Shown here in pieces: positions 1 to 13,449 of a DNA stretch of 64,000 bases (positions are counted from its first letter, which is position 1; every line of letters begins with the position of its first letter). Made by a program: the position numbers and the translations under genes. Source of the DNA: Candidatus Eiseniibacteriota bacterium. GTDB lineage: Bacteria > Eisenbacteria > RBG-16-71-46 > CAVPCR01. The DNA is taken from contig CAVPCR010000003.1 in NCBI GenBank assembly GCA_963702435.1, positions 320,001 through 384,000 of the forward strand. The letters run 5' to 3'. Under the pieces are notes generated by a model. That model worked only from the letters and a program-made list of their open reading frames with translations. It was not told the DNA's origin and did no database searches.

Positions 1-2
1 AC

Positions 3-722
3 GATGCGAACCTCACGACCCCGCAGGACTGCGAAGTGAATGCGACCGGCGTTCTCGTCTCCGATCAGGTAGACGACGCCATCCGGCAGTACAACTTCGC
101 CGGCAGCTTCCTCGGCACCTTCGCGAGCCCGATCGACAATCTGCGCTGCATCACCGCCTTTAACGGCAAGATCTATGCCACGGCGAGCACGCGCGATGCC
201 ATCGAGCAGTACGACCTGAATACCGGGACGCCCCTCGGCGACTTCATCGCGCCCGGGGTCGGCGGCCTGAACGGCCCCTGGGACATCCTCTTCCGCCGGG
301 AAGGCGACGTCCTTGTCACCTCGATCGACTCGGACAACATCCTTCGCTACGACTTGAACGGGAACCCGCTCGGCGTCTTCGCCGCGGGCTTCCCCTTCGG
401 CGAGCAGATGTTCCAGGCAGCGAACGGCAACATCCTGGTCGCCGACTTCACCCGCAACGTGATCGCCGAGCTCGACCCGAGCGGCACGGAGATCCGCGCC
501 CTGACCGGCGTCGGTGGCCCCCGCGGCTGCTACGAGCTCGCCAACGGGAACGTCCTCACGACGAACGGGAGCGGGGTGCACGAGGTCGACCGCATCGCCG
601 GCGGCATCGTCAGCACCAAGCTCTCGGGCGTGAGCGCCCGCATGCTCGCGCGGGTGAACATCGAACCGCCGGTCGCCGTCGAGCCGGCCACCTGGGGCGG
701 GATCAAGGCCCAGTTCAAGTAG
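3..722 (+). CDS. Secreted beta-propeller (NHL/Vgb-like) repeat protein with C-terminal EPATWGGIK tag; 5' end outside window
   Basis: Frame is open from position 3; repeated blades such as 'GLNGPWDILF...VLVTSIDSDNILRYDLNG'; ends PPVAVEPATWGGIKAQFK. Confidence 0.75.
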   Translation, partial: DANLTTPQDCEVNATGVLVSDQVDDAIRQYNFAGSFLGTFASPIDNLRCITAFNGKIYATASTRDAIEQYDLNTGTPLGDFIAPGVGGLNGPWDILFRREGDVLVTSIDSDNILRYDLNGNPLGVFAAGFPFGEQMFQAANGNILVADFTRNVIAELDPSGTEIRALTGVGGPRGCYELANGNVLTTNGSGVHEVDRIAGGIVSTKLSGVSARMLARVNIEPPVAVEPATWGGIKAQFK

Positions 723-755
723 GAGCACGTAGAAATACGCCAAGCTGCTGCGAGC

Positions 756-789
756 AAAGGGCATCGCCCCGCCGGGGCGATGCCCTTTT
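756..789. terminator. Intrinsic terminator hairpin
   Basis: Perfect inverted repeat AAAGGGCATCGCCCC-GCC-GGGGCGATGCCCTTT plus T, 33 nt after the stop at 722. Confidence 0.8.
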
Positions 790-1014
790 CGATTGCCTGT
801 CTCCTGGCTCGCGGTGACCCGAGGCAGGATGTCAGCGATAAAGCGCGGCCCCGGGAAACTTTTCGTATTCCCAGTGGGTTTCAGGGTGTATGGTGCAATT
901 GTAATCAATGAGTGCTGTCGCGTCGGAGGCGCCCGGTCGCCACGACGACGCGGGATTCATCCCCCGCCGTTACAAATTCCCGGTGATGGCCCGCACGGAC
1001 GCCAGGGGGGTCCC

Positions 1015-2679
1015 GTGAACATTCTTCTCTACAGTCCAGATAACGGGGTTACGCGTAACTACATGCCCCATCTCTGGATGTTCCTCCTCCAGTCCCTTAC
1101 CCCGCCCGAGCACCGCGTCCATCTCATCGACGCGAACGCCACTCCGCTCTCCGAGGACGGTCTCGCCGCCTACATCCACGAGCACGAGATCCAGCTCGTC
1201 GGCATGGGCTTCATGACCAGGATGGCGGCCAAGGCCTTCCGCATGGCCACCGCGGCCCGCGCCGCCGGCGCCCGCGTGGCCATGGGCGGCCCGCACGTGA
1301 CCGAGATGCCGGACGAGGCCCTGGGCCGGGACGGCGGCCCCCGCTACGCGGATGCCATCGCGCTCGGGGAGGCCGACAGGACCTGGCCCCTCCTCGTCGC
1401 CGACGCGGCGCGCGGCGAGCTCAAAGAGGTCTATGCCCCGGTCGATGTCTGGGGCAAGGAAGAGAAGCCGTCCCTCGCCGACTATCCGCGGATCCCGTGG
1501 GATCGGATCGACCTCGACCAGTTCAACCTGATCCGGCTCATGCCGCCCCGGGTACGGAGCGTGCTCGAGAAGTTCGGCATGTCCTGGAAGTGCTTCCACA
1601 TCGTGCCGATCGAGTCGGGGCGCGGCTGCCCTTACGGCTGCGAGTTCTGCACGGTGACCGGTTTCTTCGGGGACGAGATCCGTTTCCGCTCGAACGAGAG
1701 CGTGATCGCTGAGCTCTTGATGATCAAGGCGGTCGAGCGCGAGCGGGGCGGGAAGATCGCGGTCTTCTTCATCGACGACAACTTCGCGATCAACGTCAAG
1801 CGGACCAAGGCCCTGCTGCGCGACATCATCGCCGCCGGGGCCCAGGTGCCGTGGGTCGGGCAGATCAGCATCAACCTCCTCCGCGACGAGGAGCTCCTCG
1901 ACCTGATCCGCGACTCGGGCGGCAAGTGGATCTTCTGCGGCCTCGAGTCCATCGACCCCGATCAGCTCAAGAACGTGGCCAAGGGGTTCAACAAGCCGGC
2001 CGAGTACCAGGGCATCCTCGAGCGCATGGCGGAGCGGCGGATCTACGCCATCACGTCGTTCATCTTCGGCATGGACGGGGAGCCGGCGGACGCCGCCGAG
2101 CGGGTGCTCGCGGCCATCGCGACCTGGCCGCCCGCGCTCCCGGTCTTCGGGCTCCTGACGCCGTACCCGGGGACGCCGCTCTACACGAAGCTCGAGGCCG
2201 CCGGGCGGCTCGAACGCCCGCGCCACTGGCTCGAATTCAAACCCTTCCGCATGGCCTTCACCCCCGCCGGGACCACCGCCGACGCGGCTCATGCCCACGT
2301 CGCCCAGGCCTGGGCCGGGTCCTACTCTCCGGAGGCCACCCGCCGCGCCATCACCTGGCTCAAGAAGATGCCGCTCTCCGATCGCCTGCTCCACCTCTTC
2401 GCCCGCCTCGCCTTCCGCGGCATCTACTTCCCGCAGATGACCTGGCGCGAGTGGACGCGGGTCGTTCTCGCCAATTGGGGGACGATCGGCGGCCTCCTCG
2501 CGGAGGCGGCCACGATCAAGCTCCGGCGTCTCTTCGGGATCCGCCCGCCGGCTGCGCGCCCGATTCCCGCGTGGACCCATGCCAATGCCAAGCCCCGCCG
2601 GATGGATCCAGCGGGGCTTGCAGTTAGCGGCGACCGCGTGGTTTCCCGCGGTCGGCTCGAAAGAACTGGTCGGGACTAG
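1015..2679 (+). CDS. Cobalamin-binding radical SAM protein
   Basis: N-terminal B12-binding region (MGGPHVT...GEAD); CxxxCxxC as RGCPYGCEFC; FIDDN; TPYPGTPLY. Start moved to GTG 1015 behind AGGGGGG. Confidence 0.85.
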   Translation: MNILLYSPDNGVTRNYMPHLWMFLLQSLTPPEHRVHLIDANATPLSEDGLAAYIHEHEIQLVGMGFMTRMAAKAFRMATAARAAGARVAMGGPHVTEMPDEALGRDGGPRYADAIALGEADRTWPLLVADAARGELKEVYAPVDVWGKEEKPSLADYPRIPWDRIDLDQFNLIRLMPPRVRSVLEKFGMSWKCFHIVPIESGRGCPYGCEFCTVTGFFGDEIRFRSNESVIAELLMIKAVERERGGKIAVFFIDDNFAINVKRTKALLRDIIAAGAQVPWVGQISINLLRDEELLDLIRDSGGKWIFCGLESIDPDQLKNVAKGFNKPAEYQGILERMAERRIYAITSFIFGMDGEPADAAERVLAAIATWPPALPVFGLLTPYPGTPLYTKLEAAGRLERPRHWLEFKPFRMAFTPAGTTADAAHAHVAQAWAGSYSPEATRRAITWLKKMPLSDRLLHLFARLAFRGIYFPQMTWREWTRVVLANWGTIGGLLAEAATIKLRRLFGIRPPAARPIPAWTHANAKPRRMDPAGLAVSGDRVVSRGRLERTGRD

Positions 2680-2972
2680 TAGCGACGGCGAGCGCCGCCG
2701 CCACCACCACCGCCGGCCCCGGTCCGCTCGCGGGCCTCGTTCACGACGAGCGAGCGACCGCCAAACTCCTGGCCGTTCAACACGCTGACCGCCGCCTCCG
2801 CGTCCTTCTGGCTCGACATCTCGACGAAGGCGAAGCCACGGGGACGGCCCGTGTCGCGGTCGGTCACGATCGACACCTGGGACACGCTCCGGCCATCGCC
2901 CTCGAAGAGCCGGCGGAGTTCTTCCTCATCGGTGTCATACGGCAGATTCCCAACGTAAAGTCTCGTACCCAT
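2676..2972 (-). CDS. Single RRM RNA-binding protein with Gly-rich tail
   Basis: RNP2 LYVGNL; RNP1 RGFAFVEM; GGGGGGGARRRY tail; GGGAG upstream of ATG 2972. Confidence 0.92.
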   Translation of the reverse strand: MGTRLYVGNLPYDTDEEELRRLFEGDGRSVSQVSIVTDRDTGRPRGFAFVEMSSQKDAEAAVSVLNGQEFGGRSLVVNEARERTGAGGGGGGGARRRY

Positions 2973-3199
2973 GTCAATGCACTCCCAAACGTTAACTGGA
3001 TCCGAACGCCGATCTCGCAGCCATACCGCCTTCTCCAGGGGAGACGCAGGACATGGTCCGGCGAGGCGCCGGGGGACCCCGGGGGTCAACTGGACGGCCC
3101 GGAGCAAGAAAAAACGCCGCGGGAACAGGTCCTTCGCGGCGATCTTTTGACTACGTGCCTTGTTGCCGCCGGCAGCCGGCGGGCCCGGATCCCACCTTG

Positions 3200-3228
3200 A
3201 CTATCGGCCAGGGTGGGTTCCCAGTCAA
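3200..3228 (-). promoter_or_regulatory. Possible sigma70 promoter for the RRM gene
   Basis: Minus strand TTGACT-N17-GATAGT. Confidence 0.4.
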
Positions 3229-3352
3229 CCCCATTTTGCCGTCCTCCGGCCCCGGGCCGCCCATCTCCCCTGGCGCGGACACTCGCCGATCGCTTATGGT
3301 CCCCCCAGGTTCGCGGGTCCACCGCCTGGTCAACTGCCTCGAGGAGGGCTGG

Positions 3353-3559
3353 ATGGGGAAGCACCCGGGCGCCCATCGCGCCGAGAAACGCAGGAAAGAG
3401 CTCAAGCGCCAGGAGAAGCAGCAGGCCAAGCGGCAGCGCCGGGATGCGAAGAGCCCTGGCACCCCTGACGCGCCTGAGGGTGCCGCCGAGAACCCGGAGC
3501 TCGCCCCGGACGAAGCCCCCGAGGGCACCGAGAAGGAGGACGGGGCCGGCGAGCCCTGA
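3353..3559 (+). CDS. Small protein with basic N-terminus and acidic tail (hypothetical)
   Basis: GAGGAGG RBS before ATG 3353; MGKHPGAHRAEKRRKELKRQEKQQAKRQRR; divergent from the RRM gene. Confidence 0.6.
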   Translation: MGKHPGAHRAEKRRKELKRQEKQQAKRQRRDAKSPGTPDAPEGAAENPELAPDEAPEGTEKEDGAGEP

Positions 3560-3827
3560 CCTGAGCCTCGTCGAGTCCGGGTCCCCCGCCTGAGCGTGGC
3601 GCATGGCCTGCGCCTCGCCGCCGCCACTGGCGCGGGCAACCCGGGGAGCGCGCGTCCCCGGCGCGAGGCCTCCGCCGAGCTCAAGGGATCGGGCGCGGGT
3701 CGAGTCTGCAGTGGGGATTGTGCAATGACTGCCCCGGCCCCGCTTGCCGCACCGATCTGCATCCACTACCCTCGCCGCAATCCGGCTGGCCAGGTGAACA
3801 CTGCGGACTCCCCCAAGGAGATCCGAG

Positions 3828-5042
3828 ATGCGCGCGCGAAGTTCTCTGCCACCGATTGAACCCGCCCTTCTCGTAGTGCTCGGAGTTCTGCTGTTGATTC
3901 CGGGGTCGTCGATCGCCGACGAGATCGTGGTCCCGGATGACTTCGTCACGATACAGGCCGCAATCGACTTCGCGTCTCCCGGCGATCAGGTCTGGGTGCG
4001 GCCCGGAACCTACGTCGAGAATCTCCTCGTTCGTGGCAAATCGATCCAGCTCACGTCCTTCGACGGCCCGGCGGTCACGATCATCGACGGCAGCGCCCCC
4101 ACGCGCCCCGACACCTTGAGCGTGGTCACGGCCATCGAGGTCGAGGATCTCCACCTCGCCGGCTTCACCTTGCGCAACGGCCACGGGGGCATCGACTTCG
4201 GTGAGCTGTCCGGAGACGATTCCGGCGGCGGCTTGGCCCTCGGCGCCACGAACGGCACGATCCGGGACTGCGTGATCGAGGACAACTCCTGCGGCGGCAA
4301 CGGTGGCGGCATCCACGTGGTCCTCGGCAGCCCACTCATCGCGGATTGCGTCGTGCGCGACAACCTGTGTGGAAGCAACGGTGCCGGCATCCACGCTTAC
4401 GTTGGCTCCCCGACCATCGAGCGCTGCACGATAGAGAACAATCTGGCCGGCGAGGACAGCCGCGGCGGCGGGATCTCCATCAACTACTTCGGAGCGTCCC
4501 AGATCACTGACTGCATCGTTTCCGGGAATCGCGCCAGGGTGGGGGCGGGAATTCTCACGCAGTACTCCTCAAGTGCGACGATTCTCAGAACCCTGGTTAT
4601 CGGCAATGCCACCACTATCCTGGGGTCAGGTGGCGGCATCGTCCTGGATGGAGGCAGCTCCCGGGTCGAAGGCTGCACGATTGTACGGAACACGAGTCCG
4701 TTCGCAGCAGGAATCGGGATGCCGACTGGTTCCGCTCTCACCCGCTCGATCGTGGCCTTCAACCACGGTGGCCCCGGCCTGAGCTGCCTCGGCCCGGTGA
4801 CCGTCGACTGCTGCGACATCTTCGGGAACGAGGGCGGCGACGAGCTCTGCGGCATCGATGGGGGCGGCAACTTCTCGCTGGATCCGCTCCTCTGCAGCGA
4901 CTACTCGATCGCGGCCACCTCGCCGTGCGCGCCCGAGAACTCGCCCGCGAGCTGCGGGCTCATCGGAGCGCTTGCGGTGGGCTGCACCGAGGCGATCGAG
5001 CCGGCGACCTGGGGAGGGATCAAGGTCCGCTACCGCGACTGA
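3828..5042 (+). CDS. Secreted right-handed beta-helix repeat protein with C-terminal EPATWGGIK tag
   Basis: AAGGAG RBS; signal peptide; VPDDFVTIQAAID...VRPGTYVEN; repeated GGGI...I.DC.I.GN units; ends IEPATWGGIKVRYRD. Confidence 0.85.
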   Translation: MRARSSLPPIEPALLVVLGVLLLIPGSSIADEIVVPDDFVTIQAAIDFASPGDQVWVRPGTYVENLLVRGKSIQLTSFDGPAVTIIDGSAPTRPDTLSVVTAIEVEDLHLAGFTLRNGHGGIDFGELSGDDSGGGLALGATNGTIRDCVIEDNSCGGNGGGIHVVLGSPLIADCVVRDNLCGSNGAGIHAYVGSPTIERCTIENNLAGEDSRGGGISINYFGASQITDCIVSGNRARVGAGILTQYSSSATILRTLVIGNATTILGSGGGIVLDGGSSRVEGCTIVRNTSPFAAGIGMPTGSALTRSIVAFNHGGPGLSCLGPVTVDCCDIFGNEGGDELCGIDGGGNFSLDPLLCSDYSIAATSPCAPENSPASCGLIGALAVGCTEAIEPATWGGIKVRYRD

Positions 5043-5067
5043 GCGGCGGCGCGGCGACTCGCGCGCG

Positions 5068-5823
5068 CTACCGGTGCTTCCAGACGGGCGCGCGGCGCTC
5101 CATGAAGGACTTGAGCCCCTCGTTCGCGTCCGCGGTCGCCATCAGCTCCTCGAGGTAGAGCCGCTCGATCGCATGCAGGTTGTCGGTCGAGGCCCGCCCG
5201 AGCGCGAGCGCCCGCCGTGCGTGCCGGAGCGCCGCGTCCGAGTTCCGGAGCAGCTGGTCGAGGAGCGTGTCGAGCGCCTGGTCCAGCGCGCCAGGGGCGG
5301 CGAGCCGGCTCGCGAACCCGAGGGCATGGGCGCGGTCGCCGGTCATCTCCTCCCCCGTCAGGATGAGGTCGGCCACCGCCGCATCCCCGTAGCGTCGCGG
5401 AAAGCGCGCCGCCGCCCACGGCGGGAAGACGCCGAGGCGGATCTCCGGGAGCGCGAGGCGCGCATCGGCCGCCACCACCACGAGGTCGCAGGCGAGCGCC
5501 ACCTCGCAGCCACCGCCGAGCGCCGCTCCATGCACCGCGGCGATCGAGACCGCGGGTAGCGACTCGATCTGCGCGAGCGCCGCGTGGAAGACGCGGATCA
5601 TCTCGGCGACCTTCTCGGGCACGTGGTCGGCGACATCCACCCCCGCCGAGAACATCTTCCCCTCGCCGCGGAGAACGACGACCGCCGCCGCCGTCGCGCC
5701 GAGGGCTCGCTCGAGCTCGGCGAGCAGCTCGATGTTCAGGACGTTCACCGGCGGCCGCCTGAGCCGGATCTCGCATACACGCCCGTCTCGCACCAGCCGC
5801 ACATCGAGGTGCTTCGCATCCAT
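5068..5823 (-). CDS. Enoyl-CoA hydratase family, cyclohexa-1,5-dienecarbonyl-CoA hydratase (Dch/BamR)-like
   Basis: Crotonase motifs FSAGVDV, ALGGGCE, LPEIRLGVFP; C-terminus LYLEELMATADANEGL resembles Dch as I recall it. Confidence 0.75.
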   Translation of the reverse strand: MDAKHLDVRLVRDGRVCEIRLRRPPVNVLNIELLAELERALGATAAAVVVLRGEGKMFSAGVDVADHVPEKVAEMIRVFHAALAQIESLPAVSIAAVHGAALGGGCEVALACDLVVVAADARLALPEIRLGVFPPWAAARFPRRYGDAAVADLILTGEEMTGDRAHALGFASRLAAPGALDQALDTLLDQLLRNSDAALRHARRALALGRASTDNLHAIERLYLEELMATADANEGLKSFMERRAPVWKHR

Positions 5824-5845
5824 CGTCCGTCCTCCTGCCGGTCAC

Positions 5846-7051
<1,206 letters not shown>

Positions 7052-7061
7052 CGGGTCTCCC

Positions 7062-7805
7062 TCATCGTGTCTCCTCCCCCGCCGGGGCGCCGAGGATGGC
7101 GGAGACGACCGGCTCCATCTCGGCGAGGTCGGTGAACAGCGCATCGGGACCGTGCGCAGCGAGCTCGGCGACCGCGTAGGGCCCGGTCGCGACCGCGATC
7201 GTCGTCGCGCCCGCCGCCTTCCCGCAGTCGATGTCGAGCGGCGTGTCTCCGATCACGACGATGTCGCGCCCGCTGAAGTCATGGCCCGTGAGGGTGCGGG
7301 CCCGCGCGGCCGCGATCGCGACCAGCGCCCGGCGCTCCTCGGCGTCGGAACCGTAGGCCCCGAGCTTGAAATGATGCCGGATGCCGAAGTGCGCGAGCTT
7401 GATCGCCGCTCCGCGCTCGAGGTTCCCGGTCAGGAGGCCGAGGAGCACCTCGGGATCCGCTGCCAGGCGCTCGACGAGCGCGCGCACGCCCGGGAAGAGG
7501 CGCGGTTTGGACGAGGCGGCGAGCGCCGGCGCGAAGCGCTCGAGATAGCGGTCGAGCACGCGATCGATCAGGCGATCGATCTCGTCGGGCGCTGCGCCGG
7601 CGCGCCGGAGGAGCTCGCGGGCGATCTGGCGGTCGGTCCGTCCCGCCATCGAGTAGCCATCCATCGCCACGGGCCGCCCGACCGCCTCGGCGAGGGCCTC
7701 GGCGAAGACGCCGGAAGCGACACCGGCCGACGAGAGGAGGGTGCCGTCGATATCGAAGAGGACGAGGCGCGATGGCCGGGAGTTCGAACGGGCGATCGAT
7801 TCCAT
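7062..7805 (-). CDS. HAD-family hydrolase (phosphoglycolate phosphatase-like)
   Basis: [21 protein letters not shown] at the 3' end of the long ORF 7062..9491; start ATG 7805. Confidence 0.85.
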   Translation of the reverse strand: MESIARSNSRPSRLVLFDIDGTLLSSAGVASGVFAEALAEAVGRPVAMDGYSMAGRTDRQIARELLRRAGAAPDEIDRLIDRVLDRYLERFAPALAASSKPRLFPGVRALVERLAADPEVLLGLLTGNLERGAAIKLAHFGIRHHFKLGAYGSDAEERRALVAIAAARARTLTGHDFSGRDIVVIGDTPLDIDCGKAAGATTIAVATGPYAVAELAAHGPDALFTDLAEMEPVVSAILGAPAGEETR

Positions 7806-7886
7806 GAAGGCCGAAAGGCTATCACGCAGCGGCCCGGGCGGTCCACAGGGGCCGCGCAGGCGCCCCGGGTGATGTAGGCTTCGCTC

Positions 7887-9665
7887 ATGCGCCTCGTGGT
7901 CGCGATCCTCCTCCTCGGCGTTCTCGCCTACGGCCGCGCCCCCACCGCCGCCTTCCAGTTCGACGACTTCCCGGCGGTGGTCGAGAACCCGGCGCTCGCC
8001 GCGCCGCTCTCGGCGGCGGAGCTCTTCGTCCCGTCGGCGAGCGGGGCCGACTACGTGCGGCCCGTCCTCTTCCTCTCCTATCGCGTGACCGAGTGGGCGG
8101 CGCGACGGCTCGATCCGACGCCCAACTCCGCGCCCGACCTCGCACTGCGCTCGGCGGCGCACCACGCCGGAAACCTCGTCCTCCATCTCGCCGGCGCGCT
8201 CCTCGTCCTCGTCCTCGGGCGCGTCCTCGAGCGCCGCAGCGGACAGAAGACGGCGGCGCCGGCCGCCGCCGCCCTCCTCTTTGCGGTGCATCCCGCCCTC
8301 TCCCAGGGCGTCTACTACGTCGCGGCGCGAAGCACCGTGCTGATGACGACCTTCGCGCTCGCCGCGGTGACGCTCGCGCTCCACCGGCCGGCGACGCGAC
8401 TCACGTCGGGCGCGGCCCTTCTCGCCACGGCGCTCGCGCTCCTCACCAAGGAACCCGCGCTCGCCATCCCCGCGCTCGTCCTCGTCGCCGGACGGTACAC
8501 CGATCCCGGAAAACGCTGGCCGATCCGCGAGGCCGCGCCCCACGCCGTGCTTGCGGCGCTGGCCCTCGCCCTCTTCCTCGCGCGCGCGGCCGCGCACTTC
8601 CAGCCGCCGGTCCTCGATTACGCGCTCATCCAGGTGCGCGCGGTCGCGCGCTACGCGGAGCTCCTCATCGTCCCGCGCGCGCTCACCGCCGACTACGGCT
8701 GGGTGCCGCCGCCCGCCGCCGCGTACTGCCCGTTCACGCGCTCCTTCGCGCTCCCCGTCCTCGCCCAGTGGCTCGTCGCCGCCGCGTTCCTCCTCGCCCT
8801 CCTTGCGATCGCCATCATGACCGGGCGCCGCCGCCCGCTCGACGCCGCGGGCTTCGCCTGGTTCGGCCTCGCGCTCCTTCCCACCTCGAGCTTCTTCCCG
8901 ATCCGCGATCCGATCTTCGAGCATCACCTGATCTTCGCAGCGCCCGGATTCCTGCTCGCCGTCGCCGATCTCGGTGTCGCCGCACTCGGCCTGCTCCCGC
9001 GGCGGAGCCGCACACCGCGGCTGGCCGCCCTCGGCTTCGCTGTCCTTCTCCTCGGCCTCGCGCTCCAGGCCCGCGCCCGGGCCACCGCCTGGCAGAGCGA
9101 GCGCGCGCTCTGGGCGGACACCGTCGCGAAGCAACCGGCGAACCCCCGGGCCGCCTTCAACCTGGCCGCCGCCCTCACCGCCGAGATGGCAGCGACCCCC
9201 GACCCGGCCGCGCGCGCCGGACTCCGCGCCGAGGCGGAGGCGCTCTACCGGCGATCGCTGGCCCTCCATCCGCCCTTCGCCTACGGCTACGAGCTCCGCG
9301 CGTACGCGACGACGAACCTCGGCTACATCTATCTCGATGCCGCGCGGGCGCACGTCGCGGATGGACCGGAGGCCGCGCGCGCGAGAGACCGCGCGATCGC
9401 GGTCCTCGACACGGCCGTCACCCGGCGCGTGCGCGCCGGTGCCCGCGAAGTCCCCTATCCGCTTGCCTATGAGAACCTGGGCCGCGCGCACTTCGAGCGC
9501 GCCGTCCTGCGCCGCGCCGCCGGCGATCCGCGCGCCGCCGATGATGCCCTGCGCGCTCGCGCTGCACTCCGCACTGCCCAGGAGCTCGCGCCCCGCCCGG
9601 CCGTCGCGCGCCGGCTCGCCGAAGTCGAGGCATTCCTCCGCACCGCTGACCCCGGCGCCCGTTGA
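7887..9665 (+). CDS. TMTC-like polytopic membrane protein (GT-C type) with C-terminal TPR-like helices
   Basis: FQFDD..VVENP, YVRPV, LFAVHP, KE motif, [12 protein letters not shown]...P.NPRA. Confidence 0.65.
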   Translation: MRLVVAILLLGVLAYGRAPTAAFQFDDFPAVVENPALAAPLSAAELFVPSASGADYVRPVLFLSYRVTEWAARRLDPTPNSAPDLALRSAAHHAGNLVLHLAGALLVLVLGRVLERRSGQKTAAPAAAALLFAVHPALSQGVYYVAARSTVLMTTFALAAVTLALHRPATRLTSGAALLATALALLTKEPALAIPALVLVAGRYTDPGKRWPIREAAPHAVLAALALALFLARAAAHFQPPVLDYALIQVRAVARYAELLIVPRALTADYGWVPPPAAAYCPFTRSFALPVLAQWLVAAAFLLALLAIAIMTGRRRPLDAAGFAWFGLALLPTSSFFPIRDPIFEHHLIFAAPGFLLAVADLGVAALGLLPRRSRTPRLAALGFAVLLLGLALQARARATAWQSERALWADTVAKQPANPRAAFNLAAALTAEMAATPDPAARAGLRAEAEALYRRSLALHPPFAYGYELRAYATTNLGYIYLDAARAHVADGPEAARARDRAIAVLDTAVTRRVRAGAREVPYPLAYENLGRAHFERAVLRRAAGDPRAADDALRARAALRTAQELAPRPAVARRLAEVEAFLRTADPGAR

Positions 9666-9690
9666 CGGCGCGCATCCTTCCAGCTAGCAT
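9662..9690 (+). promoter_or_regulatory. Probable sigma70 promoter of the carboxylase/mutase operon
   Basis: TTGACG-N17-TAGCAT about 45 nt before ATG 9734. Confidence 0.5.
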
Positions 9691-9733
9691 CGAGCACTGT
9701 TTGTCCCCCGCCGCAAGGCAAGAAGGAGAAGAG

Positions 9734-11360
9734 ATGCAGAACTCGGGGCGCACCTCGACCCGCACCACTCCCCCTCCGGCCCGCGCCGCGAAGGATGCCC
9801 GCCCGCCGCGCACCACCGCGGACAGGATCCAGGACCTCGCCGAGCGCAAGGCGCAGGTGCTCCTCGGCGGCGGGCGCGAGCGGATCGATGCCGAGCACAA
9901 GAAGGGGAAGCTCACCGCGCGCGAGCGCATCACGCTCCTCCTCGATCCCGGCACCTTCACCGAGACCGGCGTCTTCGTCACCCATCGCTGCACGGACTTC
10001 GGCATGGAGCGGCGGCGCATCCCCGGCGACGGGGTCGTCGCGGGCTACGGGCGCATCGACGGCCGCCTCGTCTTCGTCTTCGCTCAGGACTTCACCGTCT
10101 TCGGCGGCACCCTCTCGGAAGCCAACGCCCAGAAGATCTGCAACATCATGGACCGCGCCATGGAGAACGGCGCCCCGGTGATCGGGCTCAACGACTCGGG
10201 CGGGGCACGCATCCAGGAGGGCGTCACCTCGCTCGGCGGCTATGCCGACATCTTCCTCCGCAACACGCTCGCCTCCGGCGTCATCCCCCAGATCTCGGCG
10301 GTCCTCGGCCCCTGCGCCGGCGGCGCGGTCTACTCCCCCGCCATCACCGACTTCACGATCATGGTCAAGGAGACGAGCCACATGTTCGTCACCGGGCCCG
10401 ACGTGATCAAGGCGGTGACCAACGAGGAGGTGACCTTCGAGGATCTTGGCGGCGCGATGACCCACAACTCGAAGAGCGGGGTCGCGCAGTTCGCCGCCGA
10501 GGACGAGGAGCACTGCCTGGCGCTCATCCGCCGCTTGTTCTCCTTCATCCCGCAGAACAACGTCGACGATCCGCCCCGCCTCAAGCCGACCGACGATCCG
10601 AACCGCATGGACATCGAGCTCAACTCGATCGTCCCCGACGAGCCGAACCGGCCCTACGACATGAAGGACATCGTCTGCCGCGTGGTCGACGACGGCGACT
10701 TCCTCGAAGTCCACGAGCACTACGCGCGGAACCTCGATCGTCGGCTTCGCCCGCCTCGACGGGCGGCCGGTCGGGATCGTCGGCAACCAGCCGAACGTGC
10801 TGGCCGGCGTCCTCGACATCGACTCCTCGATCAAGGGCGCGCGCTTCATCCGCTTCTGCGACGCCTTCAACATCCCGATCGTCACCTTCGAGGACGTGCC
10901 CGGCTTCCTGCCGGGGACCGCCCAGGAGTGGGGCGGCATCATCAAGAACGGAGCCAAGCTCCTCTACGCCTATTGCGAGGCGACCGTGCCCAAGGTGACC
11001 GTGGTCGTCCGCAAGGCCTACGGCGGCGCCTACGACGTCATGTCCTCGAAGCACATGCGCGGCGACTACAACATCGCGTGGCCGACCGCCGAGCTCGCGG
11101 TGATGGGCGCCGAGGGCGCGGTCAAGATCGTCTTCCGGAAGGAGCTCCTCGAGTCGGCCGATCCGGCCCGCCGCCAGCGCGAGCTGGTCGACGAGTACAA
11201 CTCCAAGTTCGCGAACCCCTACATTGCCGCCTCCCTCGGCTATCTCGACGACGTGATCGAGCCGCGCGAGACGCGGCCGCGGGTGATCTCGGCGCTCGCC
11301 ATGCTCGAGACGAAGGCGCAGACCTTGCCGGCCAAGAAGCACGGCAACATTCCCCTCTAG
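9734..11360 (+). CDS. pccB: Propionyl-/acyl-CoA carboxylase carboxyltransferase beta subunit, split by one extra base near 10735 (probable sequencing error)
   Basis: [31 protein letters not shown] in one frame; [19 protein letters not shown]...DVPGFLPG...KKHGNIPL in the next; removing one base restores HYARNLIVGFARL. Confidence 0.88.
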
Positions 11361-11372
11361 AGAGACACCGCC

Positions 11373-12878
<1,506 letters not shown>

Positions 12879-12902
12879 GACGAGGGGAAGGGAGGAGAAG
12901 CG

Positions 12903-13421
12903 ATGGACTACCGGATGCGAGTCGGCGAGCACGAGGAACGGGTACGCATCCAGGAGCGCGATGGCCGCTACGTGGTCGAGGTCGGCGACCGGGTCTACGA
13001 CGTGGACGCAGTGCATATTCCGCGGAGCACCACCCTCAACCTCGTCATCAACAATCACTCCTACGATGCGGAGATCACGCCGCGCGAGGACGGCTACCTC
13101 GTGCATCTCCTCACCCGCTCGATCGAGGTGGAGGTCCAGAACGAGGTCCTCGCGGGCGCCGGCACGCGGCGCCGGAAGACCGCGGCCAAGGGCCTTCTCC
13201 AGGTGACGAGCCCGATGCCCGGCCTCGTCATCGATGTCAAGGCGGGACCCGGGCAGCGCGTGGCGGCCGGCGAGCCGCTCGTCATCGTCGAGGCGATGAA
13301 GATGCGGAACGAGTTCGGCGCTCCCGCCGCCGCCGTGGTCAAGGACGTGAAGATCAAGGCGGGGCAGACCGTGACCGGCGGGCAGCTGCTCATCACGCTC
13401 GAAGCGGTGCCCGAGGGATAG
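12903..13421 (+). CDS. Biotin carboxyl carrier protein
   Basis: SPMPG and EAMKM biotinylation motif. Confidence 0.9.
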   Translation: MDYRMRVGEHEERVRIQERDGRYVVEVGDRVYDVDAVHIPRSTTLNLVINNHSYDAEITPREDGYLVHLLTRSIEVEVQNEVLAGAGTRRRKTAAKGLLQVTSPMPGLVIDVKAGPGQRVAAGEPLVIVEAMKMRNEFGAPAAAVVKDVKIKAGQTVTGGQLLITLEAVPEG

Positions 13422-13449
13422 GGATGCGCGGCGCCGAGAGGACCATGCG

